DNA of 63,934 nucleotides, filler included, from Folioceros fuciformis (Eukaryota): NCBI GenBank assembly GCA_049999805.1. It is 5 parts of 4 records of this genome, joined end to end, with 100 filler letters (N's around TTAATTAATTAA, not from the genome) between each part and the next. Parts side by side here need not be neighbours in the genome. Positions count along the whole stretch, not along the records: positions 30,594 to 53,718 come from JBNGIO010006333.1; positions 53,819 to 59,691 come from JBNGIO010006354.1; 3 more parts are not named here. One strand, written 5' to 3'. The first letter of the stretch is position 1. Every line of letters starts with the position of its first letter. A program made the position numbers and the translations under genes. This document shows, piece after piece, positions 48,319-59,791 of the stretch. The notes beneath the pieces are model-generated. The model was not told the DNA's origin. It was given only the letters and a program-made list of their open reading frames with translations, and ran no database searches.

Positions 48319-50758
48319 TCAACTTGCAGTGGTGTTTCCAGGAGCTGGCAATCGGGGGCCAAGAGGAGTACGACCGACGTCGCCTGAGTCCTTACTGTTA
48401 CATCCAGTTAGGAGTCCCATGAGATCCAACGACTTGATCTTATCCATCTCCTTGCCTGGATTGAAGAGGAATGTTTCAGATAGCGCACGGGACATAAGGA
48501 AGGGCTGTTTTGTCTTCCTCCGGCGACAAAAGACAACGAAGATAGGCATACCTTCTTCAAGGCTTAAAAGAAGAGCCCTCGTTTCCAGATGTAGAGCGTG
48601 CCCGCTTCTGCCAGCGGCTGACATCGATCTTAACACTGCACCACCATACCAAGTACGCTGGTCAAACCATAAGAGTACAGTCTGCAAGCGAACCCCTGAC
48701 AAACAGAAACCCTGACGAATAGAAGCCCCGACTGACACAGAAACCCTGACAAAGAGAGCAGCAGAGGAAAAAAGAAAGCGTACCTTGTAAAAGGTTTTCC
48801 TGATTAGATTCATCGCACTCTCTTAGATGCCTCTGGAGTACAGCAAACCGTTCCTGATAAGGGAGGTCCTGGACGTTCTTCTTGAAGCTCGCAGGACTGG
48901 ATGCCAGTGCAAGCGACTTGCCCCAGTCTAAGTCGGGCTTCACAGAACTCATCCTCCTTTCCCCCTTGCAGCCCTGGGAACTACTTGGAGTAAAGTTCAA
49001 GGCCAATGGCAAGGACGGTTCACCAGCTGAAAAAGAGATATCGTGTACTGGCATACGAGAATGCGCTGGAACCGCATAACACTTTCCGGGCCTCAGAGCT
49101 ACGTCAGAATTTCGATCCCTCAACGCCCTTGTGCTGAACTGAGAGTTGCTCAAAGTGTCGTTAGCACCAGCTGTACAGTCTGATGAAACACACTCCATCC
49201 CGGAGGCAGACTTTTGACCATAATCCTTCGTGGGCGAGACACACTGGGGATGGTCCTGTTGTCTGCTCAAGTAGCCCCCTATACCCTTGAGAGAGGCGAC
49301 TTGCGTGAGTTTCCCAGCAGGGAAAAAAATATGCTCCCTTCCTGCATCAGCCTTGCGAGAGAAATATTGCGACTGTGTGTCAACAGCGCAAGCAGCAACA
49401 GCAGATGCGCAGTATTGGTCCATGTCGTTGACCCCACCGGCAGTAGAAGAATACCGGGATCGGTCCGCAGCGATTCCAAATCCAGCATCCACTCTGCCTA
49501 GAAAATGCTGCTCCTGCGGATGTGGTGAGCCCTGACTGCTGGACTGCTGATTCTGTGAGTCGTCGCGTAGACATGTTAATTTTCTCTTCATGGATGAATT
49601 ATTTGGTTCTACACTGTCCGTGTCTTGTCCCATCCTGGTCTGCCTTGAATCCTTGACAGACGATGCGGTTAGCAGTTGCATGTATAATCCACATTCCGCT
49701 GGGGTTGGAGGAGCAGGCACCATGCCTGGTGATAGGGCAATTTGCGACGACTGTCCAGGATTACACAGCTCCAGCTGGTTCAATTCTGCGTGTGCAATAG
49801 GGGGCTGATACAGATGTTGCCACGTCGAAGCAGTTGCGCTTGATAGCACGCTATTGCGCACCCACTTCTCAGGTTCAGAAGCAGGATCCTCAGGCAAGTG
49901 TCGACCAATTACTCGGGAACCACCATCTGAAATAGCATCTGCAGCAAAAGTTCTTGGAATGGAACTTGCTTGTTGCTGTACTGGCAACAAGCAAACGGAC
50001 GCCGAACCCTCATACCCGTGTCCTGCTGGAGTAGGAGACTTAAATAGATCAAGCTGGACACGGCTATTCCCTGTAGCTGACGGTATGATGCCAGTACCTT
50101 TAGGACGCTTAGATGCTTCTGCAGCATAGGCCTGAGGTCCACTATAGAGAAACGACGGTTGAATGTTGGCCTGCATGCCTTTGAAGGGCTGCTGCAGCTG
50201 CAAATCTTCCGGTGATATGCTCAATTTGGGTGCTGCCAAAGTGGCCAGAGCCCGAGCTGACGGAGGCTGACCCACACGAGGGCGGTGCTGTGGCGAAAGG
50301 CCCTTTTGAAGTTGCAACCGGTGAGTCCCAACTTGAGGTGTCTGATGACTACTGCTCAAAGAGAATGCCAGCATATTTTCCTTTTGACTTGCCTCCGGAG
50401 CCTGAAAGACCTTTGATGGGCTGAATGAAACCTGCTGCACCTGAACCTGCTTCAACCCTGCGGACTCCTCGACAAACTCCAAAGGGAGCGGCGTGCTTTT
50501 GCCTTGGGGTGGAGGGCCGCTAAAGGGACCTGAGTTGTCCACCGGAGTTTCAACACTTTGCGGCTGCTTTGGGGTTGACTGCAGTGGGGTGGAAGGTCCC
50601 AGCTCAGGAAGAAAATCAATCTTGTGTCCCTTCTCCTTCGATCGATGAGGATTCTGCGATGATAAGAAGAGCTGTTTACAGGACGAAAAGATTCAAGACT
50701 TACATGACAGGGCTCCAGATTCTGTAGACATGAGCTGACTTACTTGATAAGAATCCAT
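48319..50758 (-). CDS. Conserved plant protein of unknown function: long low-complexity region plus C-terminal helical domain
   Basis: Micro-exon MDSYQ (50758-50744) splices in frame to a large exon starting at 50653. The C-terminus YQERFAVLQRHLRECDESNQE..LRSMSAAGRSGHALHLETRALLLSLEEG-KEMDKIKSLDLMG resembles a conserved land-plant domain (recalled similarity to At2g45250/At4g38280-type proteins). Confidence 0.7.
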
Positions 50759-53700
50759 CCAGTGAGGTAACATCAATGACTCTTTTGACTCTAAGGTTGG
50801 TTCACATCCAGGCTCCAACTTCACTGGGTAAGCGACAAAACAGTAAGCAAGGATGAGTGCCAGAGAGCACGAGTGAGCGAAGGATCACTCAGTCAGATGC
50901 GGTGAACAATGAATTCCCCATGTCCATGACATAGGGAGGAAGTGTCGACAAGACGAGATGTGCACAAGTAAAACATAACACGTTTCGAAGCTATCAAGCG
51001 TCCCACACGTTGCAATGAAAAGCATGGGACACTACTGAAACAAATTCAAAGATAACAAGCACAATATTGCAGGTGAAGACAGTTGAAAATCAAGACACAC
51101 CTGCCTCTGACCCCGACAAGGAGGACATTGACTTGCCATTACGTACAGAGAGGTTGTCATTCCAGAGTGAGTGAGAAGTGTGAGCCTGCCCAGTAAGGGC
51201 ATCTCGTTGAGTACCGAAAATGCCCACAGATAATTCAGTAGCCACTGGCTCCACAGCAGTTGTCATCCCCGGTGTAGGCCACGAGAGGCAGGAGATAGGG
51301 GTTCCCACCCACAACCTACTGTGTTCCCAACGAGCACAACTGGTGCTAAAGCGGCCTTAGTGCGTGATCCTTTCCACAGGCTACAATAGGCTTCTGGACA
51401 CGGTCAGGAGGATCTCATCACATTACCATGTTCGGCCGGTAACATAGTATGATTTAGCCACTATCTCCTGCTTTCCTTCGAAGGCGACGTACATCTGTTC
51501 ACAGAATCGGTTCCTCTGAGCATGACATTCAAATCCTTCAACCAACGAAAATTACCAGAAGGTAAGCTTGACATAAGGTGCAAGCTGTTCGAAGTCCGCA
51601 GGAGATACTGCGAAAACAGTGACAAGGAACCGCAGGCAAGACGCTTCACCATGCATCGTCTTCACATCCTCAAAGGTTACATCATCGATGACCCAAAGTG
51701 GCACCATGCGTGAGACAGCGAGTCCAACCACTTGTCCAAAATAGACCAGACGACGCGTGCATACATTCAAAACGCCGGGACCTCAACGACGAGGGAGGCG
51801 TGTGCTGACATGCTAGACCAACAGAGAAAACTGCAACAGGTTGCGATCCTCTCTCCATAAAGAGAAACTTCCTGCGCCTGCCTAGCGATTATTTCGACAG
51901 GCTACCCATCAGGTTGAGGTCGAATTCCATGCGACAATCAAGGGCGCCCAAAACCGCTCCAACCAAACTTAGTAACAATTCAAGCTAGAGGCGCAGGCGC
52001 CCGCGTCCGGGCGGCAAAGGTGAGGACAGGGGAACGTAATGCGCAGCGAGGCATCCCTGCGGCACGGCTGACTGACATACCCCGCCACTCCAAGAAGCAG
52101 CCACCAAACATTCCAGCTCGGCGGGCGACCCGACTCTTTGACCTCGGCGCTGCGCTAGCGGCACCTCACTCTCCCGCAGATAAACCGCAACAAAGCAACC
52201 AGCCGCCGGAGCTGGACAGAGCCACAAACGGCAAATGCAAGAAAATCCCAATCATTCCGGCCTCAAGGGACACGAATCCAAAGCTGAACCCAGTCCGGCA
52301 GCCAAGAAGCACACACTAGAAAGCCTCGGCCAAGAACAACAAGAAACCGACTCTTCCAAATTCACGAAGACCTTAGAAAACCAGCCTGACATGCAAAACA
52401 GCACCTTCAAGTCACCTTGCTCACCTCAACCGCAGTCGGCTTCCTTCAAGCCAGCACCTGGCGGTCCCCGGGGGAGGCGTATCTCACGATCCCGCCGCTC
52501 CCCGACCGCGCCCCTGCCAGTGCCGCTGCCGCTGCCGTTCCGTCCATGGCAGCATTCGAAATCCGGGACCGAATTGGCGGCCACACCGGTCTGCTCTGGA
52601 GGCAGCAACCGCGCGCACACAGGAACCAAGCCCCGTGCCGCGCCGCTCACGCTGCCCCTTCTCCTGCTGCCGTGCTCAGAGGTGGAATGGATTGCACGGG
52701 ACAGTTCACAGCAACCCGAACATCCGGCTGGCGCAGTGCGTAAAATCGAAGAACCGGAAAGCAGGCTGGTAATATAGGGGGCGGGGAAGGCGGAGTTGGA
52801 GGCGGAGGCGGAAGCGGAGGGCCCTCCGTTTGGTGACCGTTAGAGCGGACCTGCCTTTCCNNNNNNNNNNNNNNNNNNNNNNNNNNNNNNNNNNNNNNNN
52901 NNNNNNNNNNNNNNNNNNNNNNNNNNNNNNNNNNNNNNNNNNNNNNNNNNNNNNNNNNNNAAAAGAGAGGGAGAGGGCCTGGGCGAAGCCGTCTCCCGCG
53001 CATTTGCCAAAACTCGAAACGAAACGCAGCGGTCAGGTGAGGTCGGGTCTGGTCCGGCCCGGGCCGAGCGAGTAGGGTTCCGCAAAGCAGCGTGCGACTG
53101 TGCCATGATTGGCGCAGTGGGCCCCGGCGCCAGAGCATCCCATGCCATGCGCTCGCATAATGAAACGTTTCACCGACTGGAAAACGAGAATCGGGAATCG
53201 GGAATGGGTTGAATCTAGATTGTGGTAGACCGCAGGCCCGAGGCAGGGTGTGGCAGGCAGGTCAGGGCAAGGCGGGCGCACCTGTCTAGACGCAGCACGT
53301 CTTCTCCTTCCTCTCCGCCAACGGAACTCCTGCCTCTTTGCGTCTCGCACGACTCAAAAATCCGTACGGTGCAGACAAGGCGCGGGCGGGCCCCGAGGAC
53401 ATTCAAACTTCGGGCTGCTTCGCCCTCTTGCACGAAAAGCCTGCAAGTTCTGCAACGCTTTTGCTTCCTTTCCGATTTCAAAGCGCGGTACTGTAGAGGA
53501 CGCTGTGACTCAGCGGCTGTGGCATGTGGAATTGCAAGTGTGGGGCGGGCGGTGCGGAATCGAAGGATCTGGCTCCTGATTTTGACTCTGGTTACCTCTA
53601 ACCCCGTAGGGTGTGATAGAGATCAGGGTGTATGGTTAGGGTTAGGGTTCAAGGTTGGGAGATAGCAGGCAGGGGACCGTGACAGTGGGTGGGTGAGGAT

Positions 53701-53818
53701 TGCGCGGGGCGATGGATCNNNNNNNNNNNNNNNNNNNNNNNNNNNNNNNNNNNNNNNNNNNNTTAATTAATTAANNNNNNNNNNNNNNNNNNNNNNNNNN
53801 NNNNNNNNNNNNNNNNNN

Positions 53819-56800
53819 GATTCTGCAAGAAACCAATGGACTTGAGGTAAGCATCTATGGTTTTATACCATTCCCGGGCAGATTGCTTAAGACTGTAGAT
53901 GGTCTTCTTGAGACGGGTAACACAGTCAGGATGCTCTGGATCGTCAAAGCCCTCGGGCTGCTGCATGTAAATATCTTCCTCCAGCTCTCCGTAAAGGAAA
54001 GCTGTACCAACGTCCATCTGTTGTAGGTCCCAAGCATTGGCAGCAGCTAGAGCAATAATCATCCTGACAGATTGGGTTTTAACCACAGGGCTGAAGGTCT
54101 CAATGAAATCCACACCAAGAACTTGAGTGAAACCCCGTGCTACTAAACGAGATTTATATCTGGCTATCTCACCATTTGCATTCAATTTATGCTTGAAGAC
54201 CCACTTGGAACTAACAACTTTGCGTCTTGCTGGCAGGGGACATAATTCCCAGGTGTCATTCTTCACGAGCGAGTCATACTCATCTCTGATAGAAGGAATC
54301 CAAAAATCTTTATTTGCTCCTGTGATGGCTTCTGTATATGAGCGAGGCTCAGGCTTAAGAGAAGAAGGAAGAGCCTCAACAGATGAAGACTGAGCTTGAG
54401 GAATGGATACACCAGCTTGGGGCCTACGAAAATCTATGGATTCGTAAGGTGGCTCAGCCCATTGAGCTGGAGGCAAGTGCTGCTAGCGAGGGTACCTAGG
54501 CTCCAACTCTGGCTCAGCTTGAGGGATAGCAGGAGGATTCTCTGGTGGGGGAGCAGCAACACCACGGTCATCTTCCTGATATGATCCTTCCAGAAAGCCA
54601 GGATCACCATCCTCAAATGCATTCAGTGCGTCCTCGAGTTCAAAATAAAGGCTATCGTCAATAATAACAACAGCATCATCATGAAGTGGGACAGCAGGAG
54701 CTGGAAATATATCACCAAGTATAGGAACAGCTGTAGGGTCTTCCTCGGCTGCAAGGTTTTGGACATCTCCAGAGGTTGCAGCTTGTGCAAGCTGGTGACC
54801 TTGTGTAGGCTGGGCAGGCACTTGAACATAGTCTGAGGGTGAATCATCTTGAGGAAAAGAAGTGTAGTCATCCAGGTCGGTCATGTCGACATGAGTGACA
54901 ATCTCTGGGTTATTATGTGGCAAAGAGTCGAAATAGGGCTTGGCAGGGCAGGTAAGCTCCTTGAACGTCACACTCCGAGCAAAGACGGCTGCCTTGGTGA
55001 GTGGGTCATATAGCTTGTAAGCCTTAGCTTCTTCTCCATAGCCAACAAATATCATAGGTTTGGCTCTTTCGTCCAATTTCTTACGTTTTTCCTCTGGAAC
55101 GTAAGAATAAGCTGGAGAACCAAAAACTCGGAGATGGAGAAGACTCGGCTTCCTACGCCAAATCACCTCAAAAGGAGTCTTGCCTTTGACTGCACTTGTC
55201 AGAATTTGATTCAAAATGTAAGTTGCAGTAACCACTGCCTCTGTCCAAAATTCCTTGCTCAACCCAGACCATTCTAACATGCTTCTCGTCATGCCAAGCA
55301 GGGTTTGATTCCTTTTCTCAGCAACGCCGTTCTATTGCTGGGTATAGGGGACAATCAGCTGCTGCCTTACAATGCCGTGGTCAAGCAAGAACTGAGTGAA
55401 ATGGGCATGGACAAATTCTGTCCCATTATCTGTATGGAGACACTTCAAAAAGAAGCCTGTCTGCCATTGTATCATAGTTAGCCATTCCTGGAAGACACTA
55501 AAAGTGTCAGACTTCAGCCTAATTGGGTAAGTCCAGAAATACCGACTATAATCATCTGTAAGTGTGAGGTAGTATTGTGCACCACCTAAACTGGGAACAT
55601 GGATTTTTCCAGAGTTGTCTGTGTGAACAAGATCAAGGACTTGAGATGCATGGTGAGTAACAGTTCTAGGAAAGGGAACTTCTTTCTGTTTAGCTATGAC
55701 ACATGCATCACATAAAGGTAAGTCCTTAAAGCAATTTGGCAAGGGCTCTCTGTAGCACGCTAAACTAGACATTTTTATCAGCTTGTCACGGTTAGCATGA
55801 CCAAGCCTAGCATGCCAAAGACTGGCCTCTGCAGCTCGAGACGATTGGGCAACATGTACTGTGTCCTCAGGAATGCAAGTCAAATTTAGCTGATACAAGT
55901 CATGCACTAAGATGCCACCTGCTACGACCTTCTTATCTCCCCCTCGCTTTGTGAGCAGATAGCGAGACGAAGTGAACAAGAGGTCGTACAGACGGAGAGA
56001 CATCAATTGGCTGACAGAAACCAAATTCTTAGCCATATGAGGGACATACAGCACGTTCTCTAAATGAAGGAGAGTACCATCATTCCAACGAAACACACAA
56101 GTACCATGTCCTTGAATGCTCAAACCTGTGCGAGTTACTTCATCACCCAACAAAACTTTGTTAGTGGTAGTAGACTCTCTGTAAGAATGAAACATGGACT
56201 TATCATTGCAAATGTGGGACGTGGCCCCTGAATCCAGGTACCATGTATGTGGGGAAGGAGATGTAGACGAGACAAAACAAACTGTCATTACTACAGGTTG
56301 CTTGTTGGAGGTCGACGAAGATGGTCGATCCTTGGTGGCAGCAACATGTGCTTCAGCCTGTCGAGGGGGCTTCTCAGCTTTGCGTGCCTCACCACCTTTC
56401 TTTTTTTCTACACCCTCTTTCCCAATGGCCCTGGATACCACACCAGTTGCAAGATCCAGTCCGTTTTGTCGAGCCAGGTTTCGAACCTGCTCTAGAGGGA
56501 GGTCGTTGTTTGGCAGGCTTGCCTTTGGTGAACAGAACCTTATCAGTCTTCATCCTGCCACCGTGGTGAGTAAACGTGAGTCTGCTTTGTTCTTCCTGCA
56601 ACAAGGCTCCAATCACGTCGGAAAGATGGATGTTTGTGGGTTGTCCTGCAGCTTGAGCAGCGTCAGCAGCTCGGACAATAGCTCCATAGCTGGAAACAAA
56701 GGTCTGGTAGCTAGGGGGCAAGCTCGTCAGCAGCTGGCTAACAGCGTCAAGCTCAGGGAACTGTGAACCAAGGTTGATAAGTTGAGCTCGCAGTTGTCTA

Positions 56801-58665
56801 AAGCGGATGACAAAAGGAGACACCTTATCACCTTCCTTAAGGTGTAAGGAAAACAGTTCACCCCAAACAGCACACATGGTAAGAATGTTCTTAGCCTAAT
56901 ATGTCTGTGCGGGGAGAGTCCATATCTCTTCAGCCTTGGTGAGAAAAGCAACATCGGCGAGGAGAGATTCGTCCAGCCCGCTGATTAAGACAGCGCATGC
57001 AACGTAATTCAAGTTCGCCCACTTGTCCTTTTCTTCTTGTGTGGCAGATTGTGCTGGTTCCTTAAGTGTGCCAATAACCACTCCCCAAACGTGTCACGCT
57101 TGCAGGGCAGCTGTCATGCGCACCTTCCAGCCTTTGAACTTCATGCCATTAAACCTGTCTCGCTCTTTAAACTCAACAGAGTAGGAAGGTTGTGGAATTA
57201 CAGGAACAGGTGGAAGAGGGGGAACAGTTCCACCTCCTCGTTCTCCTCCTCCTCCTCCTCCTCCACCTCCGCCCCCGCCTCCACCGCCACCTCCTGAGGC
57301 CATTCAAACCTACTTGTGAAGAAAATCAGGTCGGGTGATCAAGCCGCGCAAGATCTTCTTCAAAAAAAGGTGGGTTGAAATGCCGAGGAGGTTTCCAGCC
57401 GGAAGAGCGACGAAAATCAACAAAGAGGTGAGGTCGGTGGAGCTTTAGATGTCAGCTGGAAGGCCCGCGTGCCAGGGTCCCTGTCTACAACACTGCAGAT
57501 GGCGCTTGAGATGTCAAGCGTAGTGCTGGATTGGAACGGATGCAACCACCATGATGGATCGCGGCTCCCAGGCAAGACCGCGCCTCACCGAAGTTCCCAG
57601 GCAAGAAGATCCTGCAGACGACGCTTCAGGCCTAAAGATGTCGCGAGCCTGGGTTGAGCAATACAGCGCTGCTGGTGGCTTTCTGGATTTTGATTTCTCG
57701 CGAGTGGGAACAAGCACCTGCAACAAATCTGCTGCTGTGGAAGAAGCTCCAAAATGAGAGGTAAAATTCCGCACCAATTTTGTCAAGTTGTGCACTTCCT
57801 CAAGCAAAGTTGTCTGTTTTTGCAAGAGAAGATCCATGGCTGCCAGAGCTTCTTGATGTCAAGCAATATGCACCTCACCCTCGCGAGAGAACGTCGTCAA
57901 CAACGCTGATTCTGTGATTGTCAACCTGTCGTTCAGCACTCTGTAAGCCCCTACAATCTCAGGTAAGTCTGTTGGACGGGAACTGAAGGTATTCTGCAAC
58001 TCGACTTCTGGATGCCTTTCTCTCGAACACCCAATCGCGTGCACGTTGAAAGGCAAGGTGTATGGGATGTCGTCCTATTCTGCCTTGCCGTCCCAAGCAA
58101 GTCTGGCTAATCCCACGTGTTGCTTGAAATTGTGATGGCTGCAGGGCACTCCAACTGAATGCTCGATACGAGGTCGTCCCCGGCGAGGCATTTTTCAATT
58201 TAGAAAATCATAATCTGCCACTCTGATGCAGGTAGATTTGCACAGCGGAAATGTTTCATGATTGTTTCTGCTAAATGTAAATAGCCTATCACTAATACTG
58301 TCATGTAGGTAGCAAGATAGAGTCTTAGACACATGAACCAGGGACTATAAATTATGGTCATTGGGTCTTGTGTCTATGATCCAGTTTGGCTACATACATC
58401 TACAGTTCAGATGAATGCATCTTACAAGTAGAGAAGAAGATCGCGTAGCAAAACCTCCATGCTCTGATACCATGTAAACATAAGAGTATTCTAGGAAGAA
58501 TATTATGGACAAAAGATGTTTAATTATGATCAACAAAAGTGTTCATATACAGGACTCTCGAAGAGTCATGACCTTTGGCAATAGCTCAAACCTAAAGTAT
58601 ATATTCATAACCTAACAGCTGCTATGTTTAAGTAAAGCTAACTCTAACGGGGTTACTTCCAAACA
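53819..58665 (-). mobile_element. Ty1/Copia element A: 5' LTR, PBS, upstream ORF remnant, gag-pol; RT cut off by linker
   Basis: Probable LTR 58665-58473; perfect tRNA-iMet PBS TGGTATCAGAGC (58472-58461); gag from 57303; zinc knuckle CNWCGIQGHWERGC; WYLDSGATSH; LWHARLGH; LDLVHTD; TDNGTEF; KWVFKHK..YKSRLVARGF; QMDVGTAFLYG. Several in-frame stops and a frameshift. Confidence 0.92.
57514..58191 (-). pseudogene. Decayed ~225-codon extra ORF between PBS and gag of Copia element A
   Basis: One frame runs from ATG 58191 to stop 57514 with only two internal stops (TAG, TGA) and joins listed ORFs 57859-58056 and 57514-57837. Confidence 0.55.
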
Positions 58666-59490
58666 CATATGATCCCAACTCAAGGAAAAGTTTGAGCGCA
58701 CATTGCTTCCTACTATCCGCAGCCACAGTGAACGGGGGCTGCAAGAAGCAGACCTCCATAGCACTCTCTTCCACGGAGGCCAAATATAAATCCCTTACAG
58801 ACGCCTCCAAAGAAGCTGAATGGGAAAGGGCTTTTCTATTTGATATAGGCCAAAAGCAAGATCAGCCCACACCCCTTCACTACGACAACATGTCAGCCTT
58901 GGCATTGATCTCCAACCCCAAATTTCATGCCAGGACAAAACATATAGACATTCAGCACCACTACATCCACGACGTAGTGGAGGGTAAGGTGGTACAAGCT
59001 GTCTATGTGCCCAAAGAGGAAAACCTAGCAGACCTTTTGACAAAGGGCTTGCCCAAGTCAAGACACTACGAGCACATGCAGAGAATGGGACTTATGGACT
59101 ACTCACCCTACCTCTCTGCCAACCAAGTACAAGGGAGGACTCACCTGATAGAGGGAGCATGACTACTACTTAGCTCTTGACTGAAGAGTTAGGTTATGTC
59201 TCACTTAAGAGGGAGTGTTAAGAATAGAATTCGATTAAGGAACCCATAACCCTAGTCATCGATCAATTGAGTTAGGTTAATTTAGGAGTTACCTCGAACA
59301 GACACATCCCTAGCGAAGTGGTGCGGCTAGCACCTATATAAGAGACACTGTGGAGTGATTTCTTGCACACCCAAGAACCACCAAGGGGCCACACTTCCCC
59401 TTATTATCGTTGTAGTCTTATGATTCGTTCCCAAGGGAGTGAACTAATGTCAAGGTTACCTACATCTCCCTAATCTCACCCTATCTATCA
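58666..59490 (+). mobile_element. Older Copia 3' end (RNase H, PPT, 3' LTR start) interrupted by element A
   Basis: YDPNSRKSLSAHCF..KKQTSIALSSTEAKY..HARTKHIDIQHH..ADLLTKGL begins directly after the LTR of element A. PPT AAGAGGGAG precedes TGTTAAG at 59216. The LTR end is uncertain. Confidence 0.8.
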
Positions 59491-59791
59491 GCATATACCA
59501 AGTGCTACAGCAATAGGTCAGAAGTCTCGGTCCTGTCTTCGGCTCCTACCACAACACCAACCCCAGCCTCAACAAAATGAGAACTCCAGCATTGTCTTCA
59601 GCCCTCGTTTCCAAGTCCAAGTATCAATCACTTCAGTGCTGAGAGGAGGCTCCAGCCCCAAGTCTGGCCTCCAACTCTCAGCACCTAGTGCNNNNNNNNN
59701 NNNNNNNNNNNNNNNNNNNNNNNNNNNNNNNNNNNTTAATTAATTAANNNNNNNNNNNNNNNNNNNNNNNNNNNNNNNNNNNNNNNNNNNN

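Noticed and set aside
53633..53650. Telomere-like (TTAGGG)n
   Set aside because: Only 2-3 units; at most a telo-box-like promoter motif, not a telomere.
51985..53665. Multiple overlapping ORFs in the GC-rich region
   Set aside because: Low-complexity GC-rich promoter or UTR sequence with no motifs, interrupted by a 100-N gap.
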